Virus record (IMG/VR): IMGVR_UViG_3300044620_000273 | Coordinates: 1 to 56,707 of that record | Length of the DNA stretch: 56,707 nt | Source: a virus | Lineage: Duplodnaviria > Caudoviricetes | Strand: one strand, 5' to 3' | Shown here: piece by piece, positions 18,822-29,883 of the stretch | Layout of the letters: every line of letters begins with the position of its first letter | How positions within the stretch are numbered: position 1 is the first letter of the stretch | Position numbers and translations under genes: made by a program | The notes under the pieces: model-generated | Told to the model about the DNA's origin: nothing | The model's input: the letters and a program-made list of their open reading frames with translations, nothing else | Databases searched by the model: none

Positions 18822-20596
18822 TGGCAGACAACGTCGTCCAGATCCGCTCTCTCCCCGGCATCAAGCGGGACGGCACCAAGTTCGAGGGTGACCAGTACGT
18901 TGACGGGCAGTGGGTCCGCTTTCAACGTGGCTTGCCTCGTAAGATGGGCGGCTATCGCTCGGTCAACAAGTTCCTGCGCGGCTTGCCCCGCACGCTCACG
19001 GAGTACACGCAGGATCTGCTGACCTATGTCCACGCCGGATCGGCTAACCTCGTCGAACGGTTCTACATTGACGGCACGTACAACACGAGCGTCATCAGCA
19101 ACCGCACGCCGACATCGAGCTTCACGGCCAACGACGGAAATCTCTGGCAGTTTGCCCTCGGCTATGATCTGACGAACGGCAACCAGCTTGTCGCGCAGGT
19201 CGCGCCGAACTTGAACTGCATCTGCAACAGCGACGGCGGCGAGCTCTTCGTCGGCGACCTTCTCGCCACGACCGCCTTGACGCGAGTTACGGCTGTTCCC
19301 GCAAATTTCAGCGCCACTGGCGGCGTCGTATCGCTGCCTCCCTACACTGTTGTTTTTGGCAATGACGGCTACGTTGCGTGGTCGGTTCCGAACGGACCTG
19401 ACGACTTCACCAGCTCCGGTGCGGGGAATGCCTATGTGACCGGCCAAAAGATTGTGCGCGGCATGCCGTTGCGCGGCGGCCCCGGTAACAGCCCCTCGGG
19501 CCTCTTGTGGTCCGCAGACAGCATTGTGCGTATGACATACATAGGCGGAACGCCAGTCTTCCAATTTGACACAATCAGCACCGAGAGCTCAATCCTGTCG
19601 GCGCAGTCGGTCATCGAGTATGACGGCGTCTTCTATTGGATTGGGACCGACCGCTTCCTGATGTTCAACGGCGTCGTGCGCGAGGTCCAGAACAATCTGA
19701 ACATCAACTTCTTTTTCGACAACCTGAACTATGCCCAGCGGCAGAAAGTGTTCGCGGTAAAGGTGCCACGCTTTGGCGAGATCTGGTGGTGCTTCCCGTT
19801 CGGCGACAGCCTCGAGCCGAACCACGCCGTTGTCTACAACGTGCGCGAAAACATCTGGTACGACACGCCGCTGCCCAACGGTGGTCGCGGCGCGGGCTTG
19901 TTCCCTGCCGTGTTCCGCAAGCCGCTCATGTCGGGCGTCGAGCAGCAGAATTACGAGGCCACTGCGGTCACAATCACGGCGGCAGGCACCGGATACGCCG
20001 TGGGCAACACCCTACTCGTCAGCGGCGGGATCGATGTCTTTCCGACTGAGCTGACTGTGACGACGGTCAACGGCAGCGGAGGTATTACCGGCATAACCAT
20101 CACCAACGCGGGCAGCTACACAACGCCGCCAACCAACCCTGTGTCGGTCACAGGCGGCGCAGGCTCTTCGGCCACGTTCACTTTGACCTTTGTCCAGCCC
20201 TACAAGTTCTGGGTGCATGAGGTCGGGACGGACGAGATTGACGGCACAGTGGTTAACCCAATCCTCTCCTACTTCGAGACGGGCGACATGTCGCTTCCAG
20301 TCCAGTCGCAGACCAACAAGGCCCTTCAAGTCCTTATGCTGGAACCTGACTTCGTGCAGTCTGGCGACATGACCGTGCAGGTCATGGGCCGCGCCAACGC
20401 TCGCGCGCCGGAAGTGAACGGCGAGCTCAAGACGATCTACGAAAACCCGCAAACGCCGCAAGAGCAGGTCATCTATTTTAAGGACCAGCGGCGCGAGATG
20501 CGCTTCCGTTTTACGAGTAATGCCATCGGCGGAAACTACGAGATGGGCCTTATTCTTGGGCACGTCCAGCCCGGCGACGGCACGGTCATCGGCTGA
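18821..20596 (+). CDS. Tail nozzle / P22 gp10-like DNA stabilisation protein
   Basis: About 590 aa, beta-rich; PGIKRDGT..WVRFQRGLPRKMGG; FGEIWWCFP..VVYN. Confidence 0.6.
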   Translation: MADNVVQIRSLPGIKRDGTKFEGDQYVDGQWVRFQRGLPRKMGGYRSVNKFLRGLPRTLTEYTQDLLTYVHAGSANLVERFYIDGTYNTSVISNRTPTSSFTANDGNLWQFALGYDLTNGNQLVAQVAPNLNCICNSDGGELFVGDLLATTALTRVTAVPANFSATGGVVSLPPYTVVFGNDGYVAWSVPNGPDDFTSSGAGNAYVTGQKIVRGMPLRGGPGNSPSGLLWSADSIVRMTYIGGTPVFQFDTISTESSILSAQSVIEYDGVFYWIGTDRFLMFNGVVREVQNNLNINFFFDNLNYAQRQKVFAVKVPRFGEIWWCFPFGDSLEPNHAVVYNVRENIWYDTPLPNGGRGAGLFPAVFRKPLMSGVEQQNYEATAVTITAAGTGYAVGNTLLVSGGIDVFPTELTVTTVNGSGGITGITITNAGSYTTPPTNPVSVTGGAGSSATFTLTFVQPYKFWVHEVGTDEIDGTVVNPILSYFETGDMSLPVQSQTNKALQVLMLEPDFVQSGDMTVQVMGRANARAPEVNGELKTIYENPQTPQEQVIYFKDQRREMRFRFTSNAIGGNYEMGLILGHVQPGDGTVIG

Positions 20597-20832
20597 TGGC
20601 TATCAATCCCATCGGTATGTCATTGCTCGAATGGGCAGATGCTGTTATATTGACCACGAATGATGCTTGGGCGTTTGGGAAACTGGACGACGAAGCTGAT
20701 TGGCAACGATGGGCCACAGGGTTTGTACGCGCGTCTCCCTTTACGCAGCGCGCCCTGCCTGACCCCTTTCAATTTACGGACTGGCGCGAGTGGGCTATGC
20801 GGGTTTATCCAATGCTTGAGGAACAAAACTGA
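20596..20832 (+). CDS. Hypothetical Trp-rich protein
   Basis: Coupled on both sides; LPDPFQFTDWREWA. Confidence 0.7.
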   Translation: MAINPIGMSLLEWADAVILTTNDAWAFGKLDDEADWQRWATGFVRASPFTQRALPDPFQFTDWREWAMRVYPMLEEQN

Positions 20833-23027
20833 TGTATATCCCCGGCTTCACCAACTATTTGGAAGCGTCCATACCTGAGTATGGCGCGGAACCAATCATG
20901 GATGCGCCCCAGCGTGCGCTGGTCGAGCCGATGACACAGGAGGCCGTCGCGCCTGCCGAAGTGCCCTTCGATATTAATAGTTTGGCTGGCTTGGATTTAA
21001 GCGGCCTGAACAGCCTGTACGGGATGAACTTCGGTTCTAACTTCGGCGGCGGTGGCGCTGGGGGCGGCATATACCAAGCCGATCCGAACCTACAATACAT
21101 CGGCGCACCAAAGTCTAACAAAGGCAACCCCACCTCGCGAACCGGCGGCAACACGTTCGCGGTGCGGGCTGACCAGCCGGTGCGCCTCGTTGACCATCGC
21201 ACCAACCAGATCGTGTTCGAGGGCACAGGCTTTGACGCCGCGCGCAAGGCAACTGAATTAGGTCAGGGCTTGACGAACCAGTTTGGTCGCAAAGCGAACT
21301 ACAGCATTCAAACCGCCGACCCGTCCGGTAACTACTCAACCGTTGCGTATGAGAAGAAGAACAAGAGCGTTCTCGGCAAGATTGGTGACGTAGTCGGCAC
21401 GGTGGCTCCTTTGGCATTAGGCTTCGTACCGGGCTTCGGCCAGCTTAGCCTTCTTGCAAAAATGGGCGCTGCCGCTGGCGCAGGTGGCTTAGGCGCTGCG
21501 CTCAAGGGCGACGACATCCTTAAAGGTGCCTTACTCAGCGGCGCTACTGCGGGCCTAGTAAGCGGCACGGGCCTTGATAAAGCGATTGGCGGTGCCCTGA
21601 GCAATGCTACCAAAGGCGTAGCACAAGGCGCGGCGCAGGGAGCCGCACAAGGTTTAAGCGATGACATCGTTGTCACCGCGCTTTCTCGGCTTGCCCAAGG
21701 CACAGGCGGCGCACTCGGCCAAGCGGCTCTATCGGAGGCAGGCAACGCCGCCTCGCGTGCGCTAAGTGGCTACAAAACGCCAGCCGAGCAGTTTGCGCAG
21801 CAGCCGCTGCCCGAGGCATTTCAGCCTCCAATAGACGACACTATTAACGTAATCGCAAACCGAGCGGCGTCCGCTGCGCCAAATTACGGCGGAGCACTAG
21901 CCAACACCCTCGGCCCTATAGCCACAGAGTTTCTACCGAAGGGTGCTTTGCCCGAACCTCTGCCGTCGGAACCAACCCCTGTAACGGAACCAACCCCTGT
22001 AGCGGAACCCGCGCCAGTGGACGACAGCATCGTTGTCAGCGGCAACAGGTTCGTATCTGGATCGGGATCACCGTTCGCAGCGGCGGTCCCTATCCCCGTA
22101 AACGCAATGCTTTCAGGCGCGTTGAGCGCCGCAGAGCCTGCGCCTGCGGAAAAGACAGCAGAAGAGATTGAAGCCGAAAAGAACCCGATTGTCGTCACAG
22201 CTCCGACAAACCTGTTGCCCGCTGACTTCGTCACCTCTGCCGCAGCAGCCGCAGCCGCCAACGCGGCAAACGGCATGGGTGACGCCCCCGACCGTGCGGA
22301 GATGACGGACGAGGAACTAGACACGTACATGAACTCCGACGCGGCGACTAAAGGCTTGTCCCTTTCGGACATCGCCGACTATCTGCGCCTCGGCAGCACA
22401 GGCGTTGGCCTAATCGGTGGTCTGATTGAGGGCGGCAAGGGCGGCTCCTCGGGCGTTCGCTATCCGGGCGGCGGCACGGGGACGCTCAACCCGCTGTTCT
22501 CAGCCAAGCTTCCTGCACCGAACATGCCCGGCGCGACTGGCAACTTCGCCGCTCGGCCACAGTCCGACTTTGCCGTAGTAAACGGCCAACCTCGTGACTG
22601 GACGCGGTACGGCTTCGGCCCCGAGGCGAGCTTCTTTAACTACGCGTCGCAGCCCGGCTCTGCGCCTGTCAGCGCGCCTATCACCACACCTATTCCAAAC
22701 GAGCCTAGCGCCCCTGCGATGTACGCCCCCGACGTCGACAACATGCGCTTCGCACGGGGCGGCTCGCCCAAGCGTAACGCATTTGCAGTCAGCGGCCCCG
22801 GCACTGGCCGCAGCGACGACATCCCTGCGGTGCTGTCCGACGGCGAGTATGTGATGGACGCGGAGACCGTGGCCCTGCTGGGCGACGGATCGAGCAAGGC
22901 GGGTGCCGAAGCTCTGGATCGGCTGCGCGTTAATTTGCGCAAGCATAAGGGACAAAAACTTGCTAAGGGCAAGTTCAGTGTAAATGCAAAACGGCCAGAG
23001 CGTTATCTGGTAGGAGGACGTATCTAA
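20832..23027 (+). CDS. Putative internal virion / DNA ejection protein
   Basis: Gly/Ala glycine-zipper segments; C-terminal FARGG..GPGTGRSDDIPAVLSDGEYV motif. Confidence 0.6.
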   Translation: MYIPGFTNYLEASIPEYGAEPIMDAPQRALVEPMTQEAVAPAEVPFDINSLAGLDLSGLNSLYGMNFGSNFGGGGAGGGIYQADPNLQYIGAPKSNKGNPTSRTGGNTFAVRADQPVRLVDHRTNQIVFEGTGFDAARKATELGQGLTNQFGRKANYSIQTADPSGNYSTVAYEKKNKSVLGKIGDVVGTVAPLALGFVPGFGQLSLLAKMGAAAGAGGLGAALKGDDILKGALLSGATAGLVSGTGLDKAIGGALSNATKGVAQGAAQGAAQGLSDDIVVTALSRLAQGTGGALGQAALSEAGNAASRALSGYKTPAEQFAQQPLPEAFQPPIDDTINVIANRAASAAPNYGGALANTLGPIATEFLPKGALPEPLPSEPTPVTEPTPVAEPAPVDDSIVVSGNRFVSGSGSPFAAAVPIPVNAMLSGALSAAEPAPAEKTAEEIEAEKNPIVVTAPTNLLPADFVTSAAAAAAANAANGMGDAPDRAEMTDEELDTYMNSDAATKGLSLSDIADYLRLGSTGVGLIGGLIEGGKGGSSGVRYPGGGTGTLNPLFSAKLPAPNMPGATGNFAARPQSDFAVVNGQPRDWTRYGFGPEASFFNYASQPGSAPVSAPITTPIPNEPSAPAMYAPDVDNMRFARGGSPKRNAFAVSGPGTGRSDDIPAVLSDGEYVMDAETVALLGDGSSKAGAEALDRLRVNLRKHKGQKLAKGKFSVNAKRPERYLVGGRI

Positions 23028-24100
23028 TGGCGCTCAGCGACTTCTTGAACAACGGCCAAATCCCCGCAGGATCTGCGGTCAAGTCTACGACCAGCCAGAC
23101 GGTGCTGCCCGAGTGGTACACCAACTACGCTATGCAGCTCTTGTCGAACCAGCAGGCTGTCCAGAACCGCCCATACGAGACGGCTCCGATGCCGCGCGTT
23201 GCGGAGTTTACACCGGGCCAGCAGCAGGGCTTCGGGATGACCAACACGGCGGCCAGCGCGTACCAGCCCGGTCTGACGGCGGCCACAGACGTGACCAAAG
23301 CGGCCCTCGCCGCTCCCGGCGCTCTGCCCACCGCGCAGCCATATGTGACGCAGGCAGGACAAAGCACAGTCGCCAACATCGGCCAGTACATGAACCCATA
23401 CACGGAGCAGGTCGTCAAGCGGATCGGTGAAGTGGGCCAACGCAACCTGACCGAGAACCTTCTTCCCGCTATCGAAGGCCGCTACATCCAATCAGGTCAA
23501 CTCGGCTTCGGCGCTCGTGAGGGTGCGGGAACGCCATCAGGAATGCTGACGGACACGGCACGCGCTCTCCGCGACACCAGCTCCGACATCCTCGGCAAGC
23601 AGACAGAAGCCCTTCGCAGCGGCTTCACTGAAGCTGCGGGTCTCTCTGCGGCTGATCTGGCGCGCATGGGCCAACTCGGCCAGATCGTCGGCGGCCTGCA
23701 AACTTCCGACCTCACACGCCTCCTTTCAGGCGGAGAGCAGCTCGGCGGTCTCGCCGCATCCGAACAGGCCCTCGGCCTCAAGGGCGCGCAGGCTGTCACG
23801 GGCGTCGGCGCAGAGCAGCAGGCTCTCAACCAGAAGAACCTTGACGTCGCCTACAGCGACTTCCTCAAGCAGCAGGGCTACCCGCAAGAGCAGATTGACA
23901 AGGCCCTCGGCACGTTCCGTGGTCTGGCGGGCGCAGCACCCGGCGCGACGATTGACGAGGGCATCGTTCCTAGCGGCGTGGACTATAAGGGCACGCCAAC
24001 GACTGCGGCGACAATCGCAGGCGCTCTGTCGGGCCTTGGCGGTGTACTGGCTGGCGCTAAGGAAGGCTCCGCCCTCAGCAAGTTGCTGGGCTTCGGCTAA
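23027..24100 (+). CDS. Putative DNA ejection (pilot) protein
   Basis: Gln/Gly/Ala-rich, YMNPY motif, C-terminal glycine zipper. Confidence 0.6.
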   Translation: MALSDFLNNGQIPAGSAVKSTTSQTVLPEWYTNYAMQLLSNQQAVQNRPYETAPMPRVAEFTPGQQQGFGMTNTAASAYQPGLTAATDVTKAALAAPGALPTAQPYVTQAGQSTVANIGQYMNPYTEQVVKRIGEVGQRNLTENLLPAIEGRYIQSGQLGFGAREGAGTPSGMLTDTARALRDTSSDILGKQTEALRSGFTEAAGLSAADLARMGQLGQIVGGLQTSDLTRLLSGGEQLGGLAASEQALGLKGAQAVTGVGAEQQALNQKNLDVAYSDFLKQQGYPQEQIDKALGTFRGLAGAAPGATIDEGIVPSGVDYKGTPTTAATIAGALSGLGGVLAGAKEGSALSKLLGFG

Positions 24101-24951
24101 TGGATAAAACTTTTATCACCCAGCAGAACTATGATGACTTGGTTGCGCAAGAAGGCCAAGAGGCGGCTGACCAGTTCATGCGCAAGTACGACCTTGCGGT
24201 CCGCCCGAACGAAGTTGAATTTAGGCCCGTTTCTGGTATGAGCGCCGGTGGAGAAGACGATATGGACCCCGAGGCAGATTTTGCTGTTGCAGATGAGGAC
24301 GCCGCAGACAACACAGGCGAAGAGGGATCGAGCCTTGCCGTTGCGGGCCCCAAGTCTGATACCTACACCGACTGGGAACAAGACCAACTTGCCTTCATGA
24401 AGAAGGCACAGGACCAACGGTTGAAGCAGTTCAATGACGCAAAGGCCTACATCGAGAAGAACTATCGCGGACCTAGCCTGTCCGAGCAGCTCTTCGCAAT
24501 GTCTCAGGCCTTTCTGAGCCCAACCAGCATGCCCGGCTTTAAGGGCACACTGGCGAACATCAGCCCTGTCTTCGGCCAGATTGCCAAAGCGCAGCGCACC
24601 GCTGAAGAGCAGCGCGCCGAGGCTCTCATGAAGCTTCAGCAGCAGTATCAGACGGGCGAGTTGGGCGCGGAAGGCGAGGCGCTCAAGAACCGTCTGGCCG
24701 TCATCAAAGCGCGCGCAGCCGCGAACAAGCCGCAGTATATCCGCACTGAAGATCCTGTGTCGGGCAAGGTCACTATCACGCCTGTTTTCCCGAATGGGCA
24801 ACAGGGTACCGCAGCGGGGAACGGCCCGACGCTTGAGAACACGCGGTACATCCGCAACCAAGCCGACATGATCAGGCTGCCGCCTGAAATCAGATACTTC
24901 ATCGCGGTGGACGACCCGAACCAGACACCACGCCCGATCCCCGGAAGGTAA
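24100..24951 (+). CDS. Putative internal virion protein
   Basis: TAATG-coupled; helical; within the ejection cluster. Confidence 0.55.
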   Translation: MDKTFITQQNYDDLVAQEGQEAADQFMRKYDLAVRPNEVEFRPVSGMSAGGEDDMDPEADFAVADEDAADNTGEEGSSLAVAGPKSDTYTDWEQDQLAFMKKAQDQRLKQFNDAKAYIEKNYRGPSLSEQLFAMSQAFLSPTSMPGFKGTLANISPVFGQIAKAQRTAEEQRAEALMKLQQQYQTGELGAEGEALKNRLAVIKARAAANKPQYIRTEDPVSGKVTITPVFPNGQQGTAAGNGPTLENTRYIRNQADMIRLPPEIRYFIAVDDPNQTPRPIPGR

Positions 24952-24956
24952 AAGCT

Positions 24957-27758
24957 ATGGCTCAAAAGAAAGATTGGTGGGAAAGCTACGAGGAGGCAGG
25001 AGGTCAAGGCTCCCCCTCGCGCAGCATCGTTGTGCAGCCCGGTTCCCCCGTGAAAGAAAGGGAAATCGAAGCGGGGATTGGGCAGAAGCAAGCGGGGGCC
25101 GCATCCTCGGCAGCTTCTGCCGAACAGACGCGGACGCTGCTTCCTGCCAAGGCGAGCAAAGCTCAGTCTGACGCCGAGCTGGCGCAGATTAAGACTGAAG
25201 CCGCTCGCATGGCGTTGGAAAAGGCAAAGGCGCTCATGCGCAACCGTCCGGTCGGCGACGCGCTGACCGAGGCGCAGAACCTTGTTCTGACAGAAATCAG
25301 GAACGCTGTTAAGGCACGCAAGCTTAGCCGTGACATGTTCGGCGCAAGCGGCCTCGGGCAGGGTATCACGTCAGCGTCTATATTCTCCGGCTCTCCGGCA
25401 AACAGCGTCCTTGCGCTTCTCAAACCCATTCAGGCGAACACGGCCTTTACCAAACTGCAAGACATGCGCGCCAAAAGTCCAACGGGCGCGGCACTGGGTG
25501 CCGTGTCGGATCGTGAACTTCAGTTGCTCTACAGTACTGAGGACGCGATTGACCCTGCGGCGAGCGACGAAGTCTTTCAGGACGGCATGGGCACGGTCAT
25601 CAGGAACCGACTGACAGTCGCCAACCGCCTCGGCATCTCCCCCGAAGCTTTGGCCGAGGCCCTCGGGCCAGAAGAAATCCAGACCTTTGGCTCGGACATC
25701 AAGTCCTACCGCTTCGTCCCTGAAGATGTGAAGGCGCTTCAGGCGTATGTTGCGAAGACCAAGAAGGATGGCACCTTCGACCCGACGGACTTTGCCGCAC
25801 TTATGGGCAGCGCATACTACAACGCCACTGGCCGCGAACCAGACGAGAACTTTGTAAAGAATGCTCTCGACACCGGCATGAACTTGCAGACCAGTGAGGG
25901 CGCAGGTCTTTCGGACTTTAGCTATGAGCAGGCCGACAAGGACGCGCAGAAGATGCTCGGCGTTCAAGCCAATGCTGGGGGCAAGACCGAACTTGGCTGG
26001 GGCGAAGTGCTCGGCGGCGCGGCGTTGAACTTTATCCCGAGCACCTTTGAGCTTGCATACGATACGGCCAAGGCCCTGACTGTCGATCTGCCTGACACGG
26101 TTGAGAGCCTTGTGAAGGTCGTTGGCGGCGCGACTGGCCTCACAGACGACACCCAGTATGAGGCCCTGAAGAAATACTACATGGATCGTTACGGGAGCAT
26201 TGAGGGCTTCAAACAGGCCCTCATGACAGACCCAGCGTCTATCGCCGCTGACATCGCGGGCCTCGCAACAGGCGGTGCTACGATCCTTGCGAAGACTGCG
26301 GGCCTTGCGTCCAAGGTCGGGAAGATCGGCGCACTATCGAACGCGGCCAAAGCCGCTGAAGGTTTCGCCAGTGTCGCTGAAGGCTTCGCCACTGGTGCGA
26401 GTAAGCTGGACCCAACACGCTTGGCGGTTGGCACAACCAAACTTGGCGCAAAGGCCCTTGGCAATGTGGCGGAACAGCTCGCTGTGAACGCCCCTGCTCG
26501 CATGGTTGGTGCGACGGGCGCTGACGTCAAGCAGGCCTTCAGTGCTGGCAAGCGCGGATCTCAGGAGTTTGTTGAGCAAGCAACGGAAACGGGCGACGTT
26601 CTCGATCCCTTGGCTAAGGCCGACGCAGCCCTTAGCGAACTCTATCTGAACCGCAGCCGTGATTATACGCGCCGCATGAAGAAGCTAAAGCAAAATCCAG
26701 AAATCTTGTCCTTTGACGATGTCGAACAGGCTATTGAAGGCGTCCGCAATGTTGGGCGGCATAAAGGCATCGACATTTCTGGTGCTGGCGGCGTGTGGGA
26801 CGAAATCGACGCGAAGTACATGGAGTTCTTCGACAAGGGTCTGAACAGCATCGAAGACTTTGATGCGATGAAGCGCGCGATTAAGGAAATCGGCAGCCGC
26901 TACCAAGTCGGTACGCCTGAGTTCAAGGTCGCGAATGATGTCGCAAAGTCGATCAACGCCACCATCACCGCAAAAGCTCCCATATACTCCAAGGTTATGG
27001 GCGACTATCGTCTAGCGAGTGATACCCTCGCCGACGTGAAGGCATCGATTGGTGCAGGTGCAAAGAGTGCAGATACCACCCTCTCGAAGCTCATGCGTGC
27101 GCAGTCCGGTAAAGGCCCGCGTGGCAACTCGGTTATCCAATTACTTGAGAGTACGAAGAGCGGCAAGGGTCTTGGGGACATGCTGGCAGGACGCAACCTG
27201 TCGAGCACTGAACCCCGTGGCATGGCACCAAGCATGATGACGACTGGGGGTGCTGCTGCGGGTTCTCCTGAGCTTCTTCTCGCCTCCACGCTATCGCCTC
27301 GCGGCCTTGGCATGAAGGCCTATGAGCTGGGCGAAAAGTACGGCGCAGCAGAGCGCGGTATTGGCGCAGCGGGCCGCATGATTGGCGCGGATCAGTACAT
27401 CCCGAAGGCAGTCAATCTGGTGCAGGAGTATACGCCGGGCGTGAAGCGCGCCGTCTTCGGCATGCAGCCTATCATCCAGAGCCAGCAAGACCCGTTCACC
27501 CTCACGACGGTCACTCCTGAAGAGCGCAAGAACGCCCTGATGGCGCGCTACGCCGCAACGGCCATACCGCAGGCTGCCTTGGTGGAGCGCGCGCCGCTGT
27601 CGCTTGAGCAGTACCGCGTTGGCCTTCCGGGGGAGGGCAGAACGGATCTGACCGAGCTTTTGAAGATGTATACAGGCGAAGACAACGAACAGCCCGTTGA
27701 AGAAGAGCAGCCCGGATTTGCGCGCGGCGGCATCGTCATGGCACCGAGCATGTTCTAA
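24957..27758 (+). CDS. Large internal virion / DNA transfer protein
   Basis: 933 aa, helical Ala/Gly-rich; GAALGAVSDRE motif; ends GFARGGIV. Confidence 0.6.
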   Translation: MAQKKDWWESYEEAGGQGSPSRSIVVQPGSPVKEREIEAGIGQKQAGAASSAASAEQTRTLLPAKASKAQSDAELAQIKTEAARMALEKAKALMRNRPVGDALTEAQNLVLTEIRNAVKARKLSRDMFGASGLGQGITSASIFSGSPANSVLALLKPIQANTAFTKLQDMRAKSPTGAALGAVSDRELQLLYSTEDAIDPAASDEVFQDGMGTVIRNRLTVANRLGISPEALAEALGPEEIQTFGSDIKSYRFVPEDVKALQAYVAKTKKDGTFDPTDFAALMGSAYYNATGREPDENFVKNALDTGMNLQTSEGAGLSDFSYEQADKDAQKMLGVQANAGGKTELGWGEVLGGAALNFIPSTFELAYDTAKALTVDLPDTVESLVKVVGGATGLTDDTQYEALKKYYMDRYGSIEGFKQALMTDPASIAADIAGLATGGATILAKTAGLASKVGKIGALSNAAKAAEGFASVAEGFATGASKLDPTRLAVGTTKLGAKALGNVAEQLAVNAPARMVGATGADVKQAFSAGKRGSQEFVEQATETGDVLDPLAKADAALSELYLNRSRDYTRRMKKLKQNPEILSFDDVEQAIEGVRNVGRHKGIDISGAGGVWDEIDAKYMEFFDKGLNSIEDFDAMKRAIKEIGSRYQVGTPEFKVANDVAKSINATITAKAPIYSKVMGDYRLASDTLADVKASIGAGAKSADTTLSKLMRAQSGKGPRGNSVIQLLESTKSGKGLGDMLAGRNLSSTEPRGMAPSMMTTGGAAAGSPELLLASTLSPRGLGMKAYELGEKYGAAERGIGAAGRMIGADQYIPKAVNLVQEYTPGVKRAVFGMQPIIQSQQDPFTLTTVTPEERKNALMARYAATAIPQAALVERAPLSLEQYRVGLPGEGRTDLTELLKMYTGEDNEQPVEEEQPGFARGGIVMAPSMF

Positions 27759-27792
27759 TGGCACAGGATTATAGCTCGAAGGGTTTAGGTTA

Positions 27793-29883
27793 ATGACTGG
27801 TAGCGTTTCATCCCGCAAAAAGAATGCCGAAAGGGCCCGCCAACGTCGTATCGATGCGATGAAGGTGGAACGCCGCCGCGCCAATGAAGCCGCGACATCC
27901 AACGCAGGAAAGCTCGGCAGCGGGATTGCGTCGATACCGAGCCGCGTCGTGAAATACGCCAAAACCTCTACGCCTTCGAGCGTTGTTCGTGACGTCAAAA
28001 ATATTGCCACGTCCACTTACGATGCGGCGGTGGAAGATCCGAACGCGTTTATCGAAGACGCGATATTCTCTCCGCTTGCGGCTATCCGTGACTTTGGTGA
28101 TGCGCGCGCAATGGCGCAAAAGCTCCGTGAGCAGGGCCGCTATGCCGAGGCAGAAAAGATGGAAGCACTGGCGGGCACTGCTGTAATGGCCGCCGTGCCT
28201 ATCCTCGGACGGCCCGCAGGTGTTACACTGCGCAACGCAGTGAAAACCGCAGAAAAGACGGCTATAAAAGACGCGGTGAAAGGTGCTACGAAGGCGGCAC
28301 CCTCGGACCTAACTGTAACGCCGAAGGCGACCACAATAATCGCCGGTGTCGAAGAGAAGAAACCTTCGCGGGCCATCCAGCGTTTTGCCGAGCCGCGTTC
28401 TGGCCCAAGCACAAAAGAACGCCCCCTCGCCCAAACAAGGACACCTCTACCCGAAACAGCGCCCGCGCTACCGTCCAGCGTTTCTGGTTCGTTTGATGCC
28501 AGCCAGAACGTCCCGATGACCTATAAGGGCATGCAGCCTTGGGAACTGACTAGCACCCAGATGGCTGATCTCGGCGATACGCTGGGCGTGCCAAATCTTG
28601 GGCCACTGAACGAGCCTGTCTCCTTTCCTTATGAGGCAGGCGGTGGTGAACGCTTCGACATACCGGGCGGCCTCGAAGGCAGGTTCACCTATGAAGACAT
28701 GGCGAAGATGAAAGCTTCGGGCATCGATCCATCGCGGATTGATCCTGAACTGCACCGTGGCATCCAGCGTAAGCTGATGCTGTCAATGGACGAGCCTGAA
28801 GGTCTCTCGGACGCCAAGGTGCTTTCGGGCCTGACCTTTGGCTACACCTCACCAAACAACCCGCTGACACCAAACCAACTCGCGACATCGCGCCTTCGTA
28901 TGAACTCGATGGAAGATTTGGATCGCATCATAAATAGCAGGCCGTGGGAGCTTTCCGACGCGGTCACGAAAGATCAGCGAGAAGCTTTTAGCGAAGATCT
29001 TGCCAATCGGTTGGGCTTGGGTGCTGCCTCAAAGGGCGGGATAGGCGCACGCGGCAGCGTCGACTATTCCGGTTATACCGACTTTTTAGATCTGTTCCGT
29101 CGCGACCCCTCCTTCTTCCACCGTGGTGCGGACGAAGCATGGCCCGCACTGGTGGAGCGCATAGCAACGCAGGTGCCGGGCTTGTCGAACAAGACTGGAT
29201 CTTTTGGCGTTGCGTGGCAGCCAAATGCTGGGGTGTCGGCTATCGACCGCCACATGGCAAACAGGTACATGGACACAATCTTGGCTGATCCAGCCAAGCG
29301 AGATGCCTTTGAAAAACGCGCCTTGAACCTTGCGGCGACCCGTGCTGCCAAAGAAGGGAAAGAGGCACCCACGAACTTTGCTGATTTGAACAAAGGTCTG
29401 GTGCAAGAGCTTCTTCTGGCGGAAGTTGGCAACTCGCCTTCTCCGAAGTTCCGCATGAAGTCTGGTGAGGTGAACCCCGCCGTCCCCGACTATCTTGCCG
29501 ATGTTGACTGGATCTCTGAACCGCAAAAAGCGGAACTAATGGGGCAGACCTACAAGGACGTCGTTAACGCAAACGAAGAGGCGATGGCCGGTTCAGGCCT
29601 GCACCTGTTCGGCAACCAGTGGAACATCTGGGATCGCATCCGCCAGCGCCTTGAGCCGCATGAGAATATGTTCCCCGGCCTTGAAAACATCCCGAGGCTG
29701 AACGTCGACCAGATGCGGGTTATCGACACCGCCCACGGTCTGACCGGACACAAGAACTACAGCAAAGATAGCGACTTCAGGCTCCAGCCAACGAAGGCTG
29801 GGGACTACCGGCGGTTCCGTTATTTCTCGGATGGGGGCTTCGCTGTAAAGAAGCGTGATGAGGCTTTTGCTGTCCACAAATAA
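27793..29883 (+). CDS. Putative virion-delivered protein with HhH-GPD/Ogg-like glycosylase motif
   Basis: VPGLSNKTGSF..VSAIDRHM; last gene of the late arm; ends YFSDGGFAV. Confidence 0.5.
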   Translation: MTGSVSSRKKNAERARQRRIDAMKVERRRANEAATSNAGKLGSGIASIPSRVVKYAKTSTPSSVVRDVKNIATSTYDAAVEDPNAFIEDAIFSPLAAIRDFGDARAMAQKLREQGRYAEAEKMEALAGTAVMAAVPILGRPAGVTLRNAVKTAEKTAIKDAVKGATKAAPSDLTVTPKATTIIAGVEEKKPSRAIQRFAEPRSGPSTKERPLAQTRTPLPETAPALPSSVSGSFDASQNVPMTYKGMQPWELTSTQMADLGDTLGVPNLGPLNEPVSFPYEAGGGERFDIPGGLEGRFTYEDMAKMKASGIDPSRIDPELHRGIQRKLMLSMDEPEGLSDAKVLSGLTFGYTSPNNPLTPNQLATSRLRMNSMEDLDRIINSRPWELSDAVTKDQREAFSEDLANRLGLGAASKGGIGARGSVDYSGYTDFLDLFRRDPSFFHRGADEAWPALVERIATQVPGLSNKTGSFGVAWQPNAGVSAIDRHMANRYMDTILADPAKRDAFEKRALNLAATRAAKEGKEAPTNFADLNKGLVQELLLAEVGNSPSPKFRMKSGEVNPAVPDYLADVDWISEPQKAELMGQTYKDVVNANEEAMAGSGLHLFGNQWNIWDRIRQRLEPHENMFPGLENIPRLNVDQMRVIDTAHGLTGHKNYSKDSDFRLQPTKAGDYRRFRYFSDGGFAVKKRDEAFAVHK

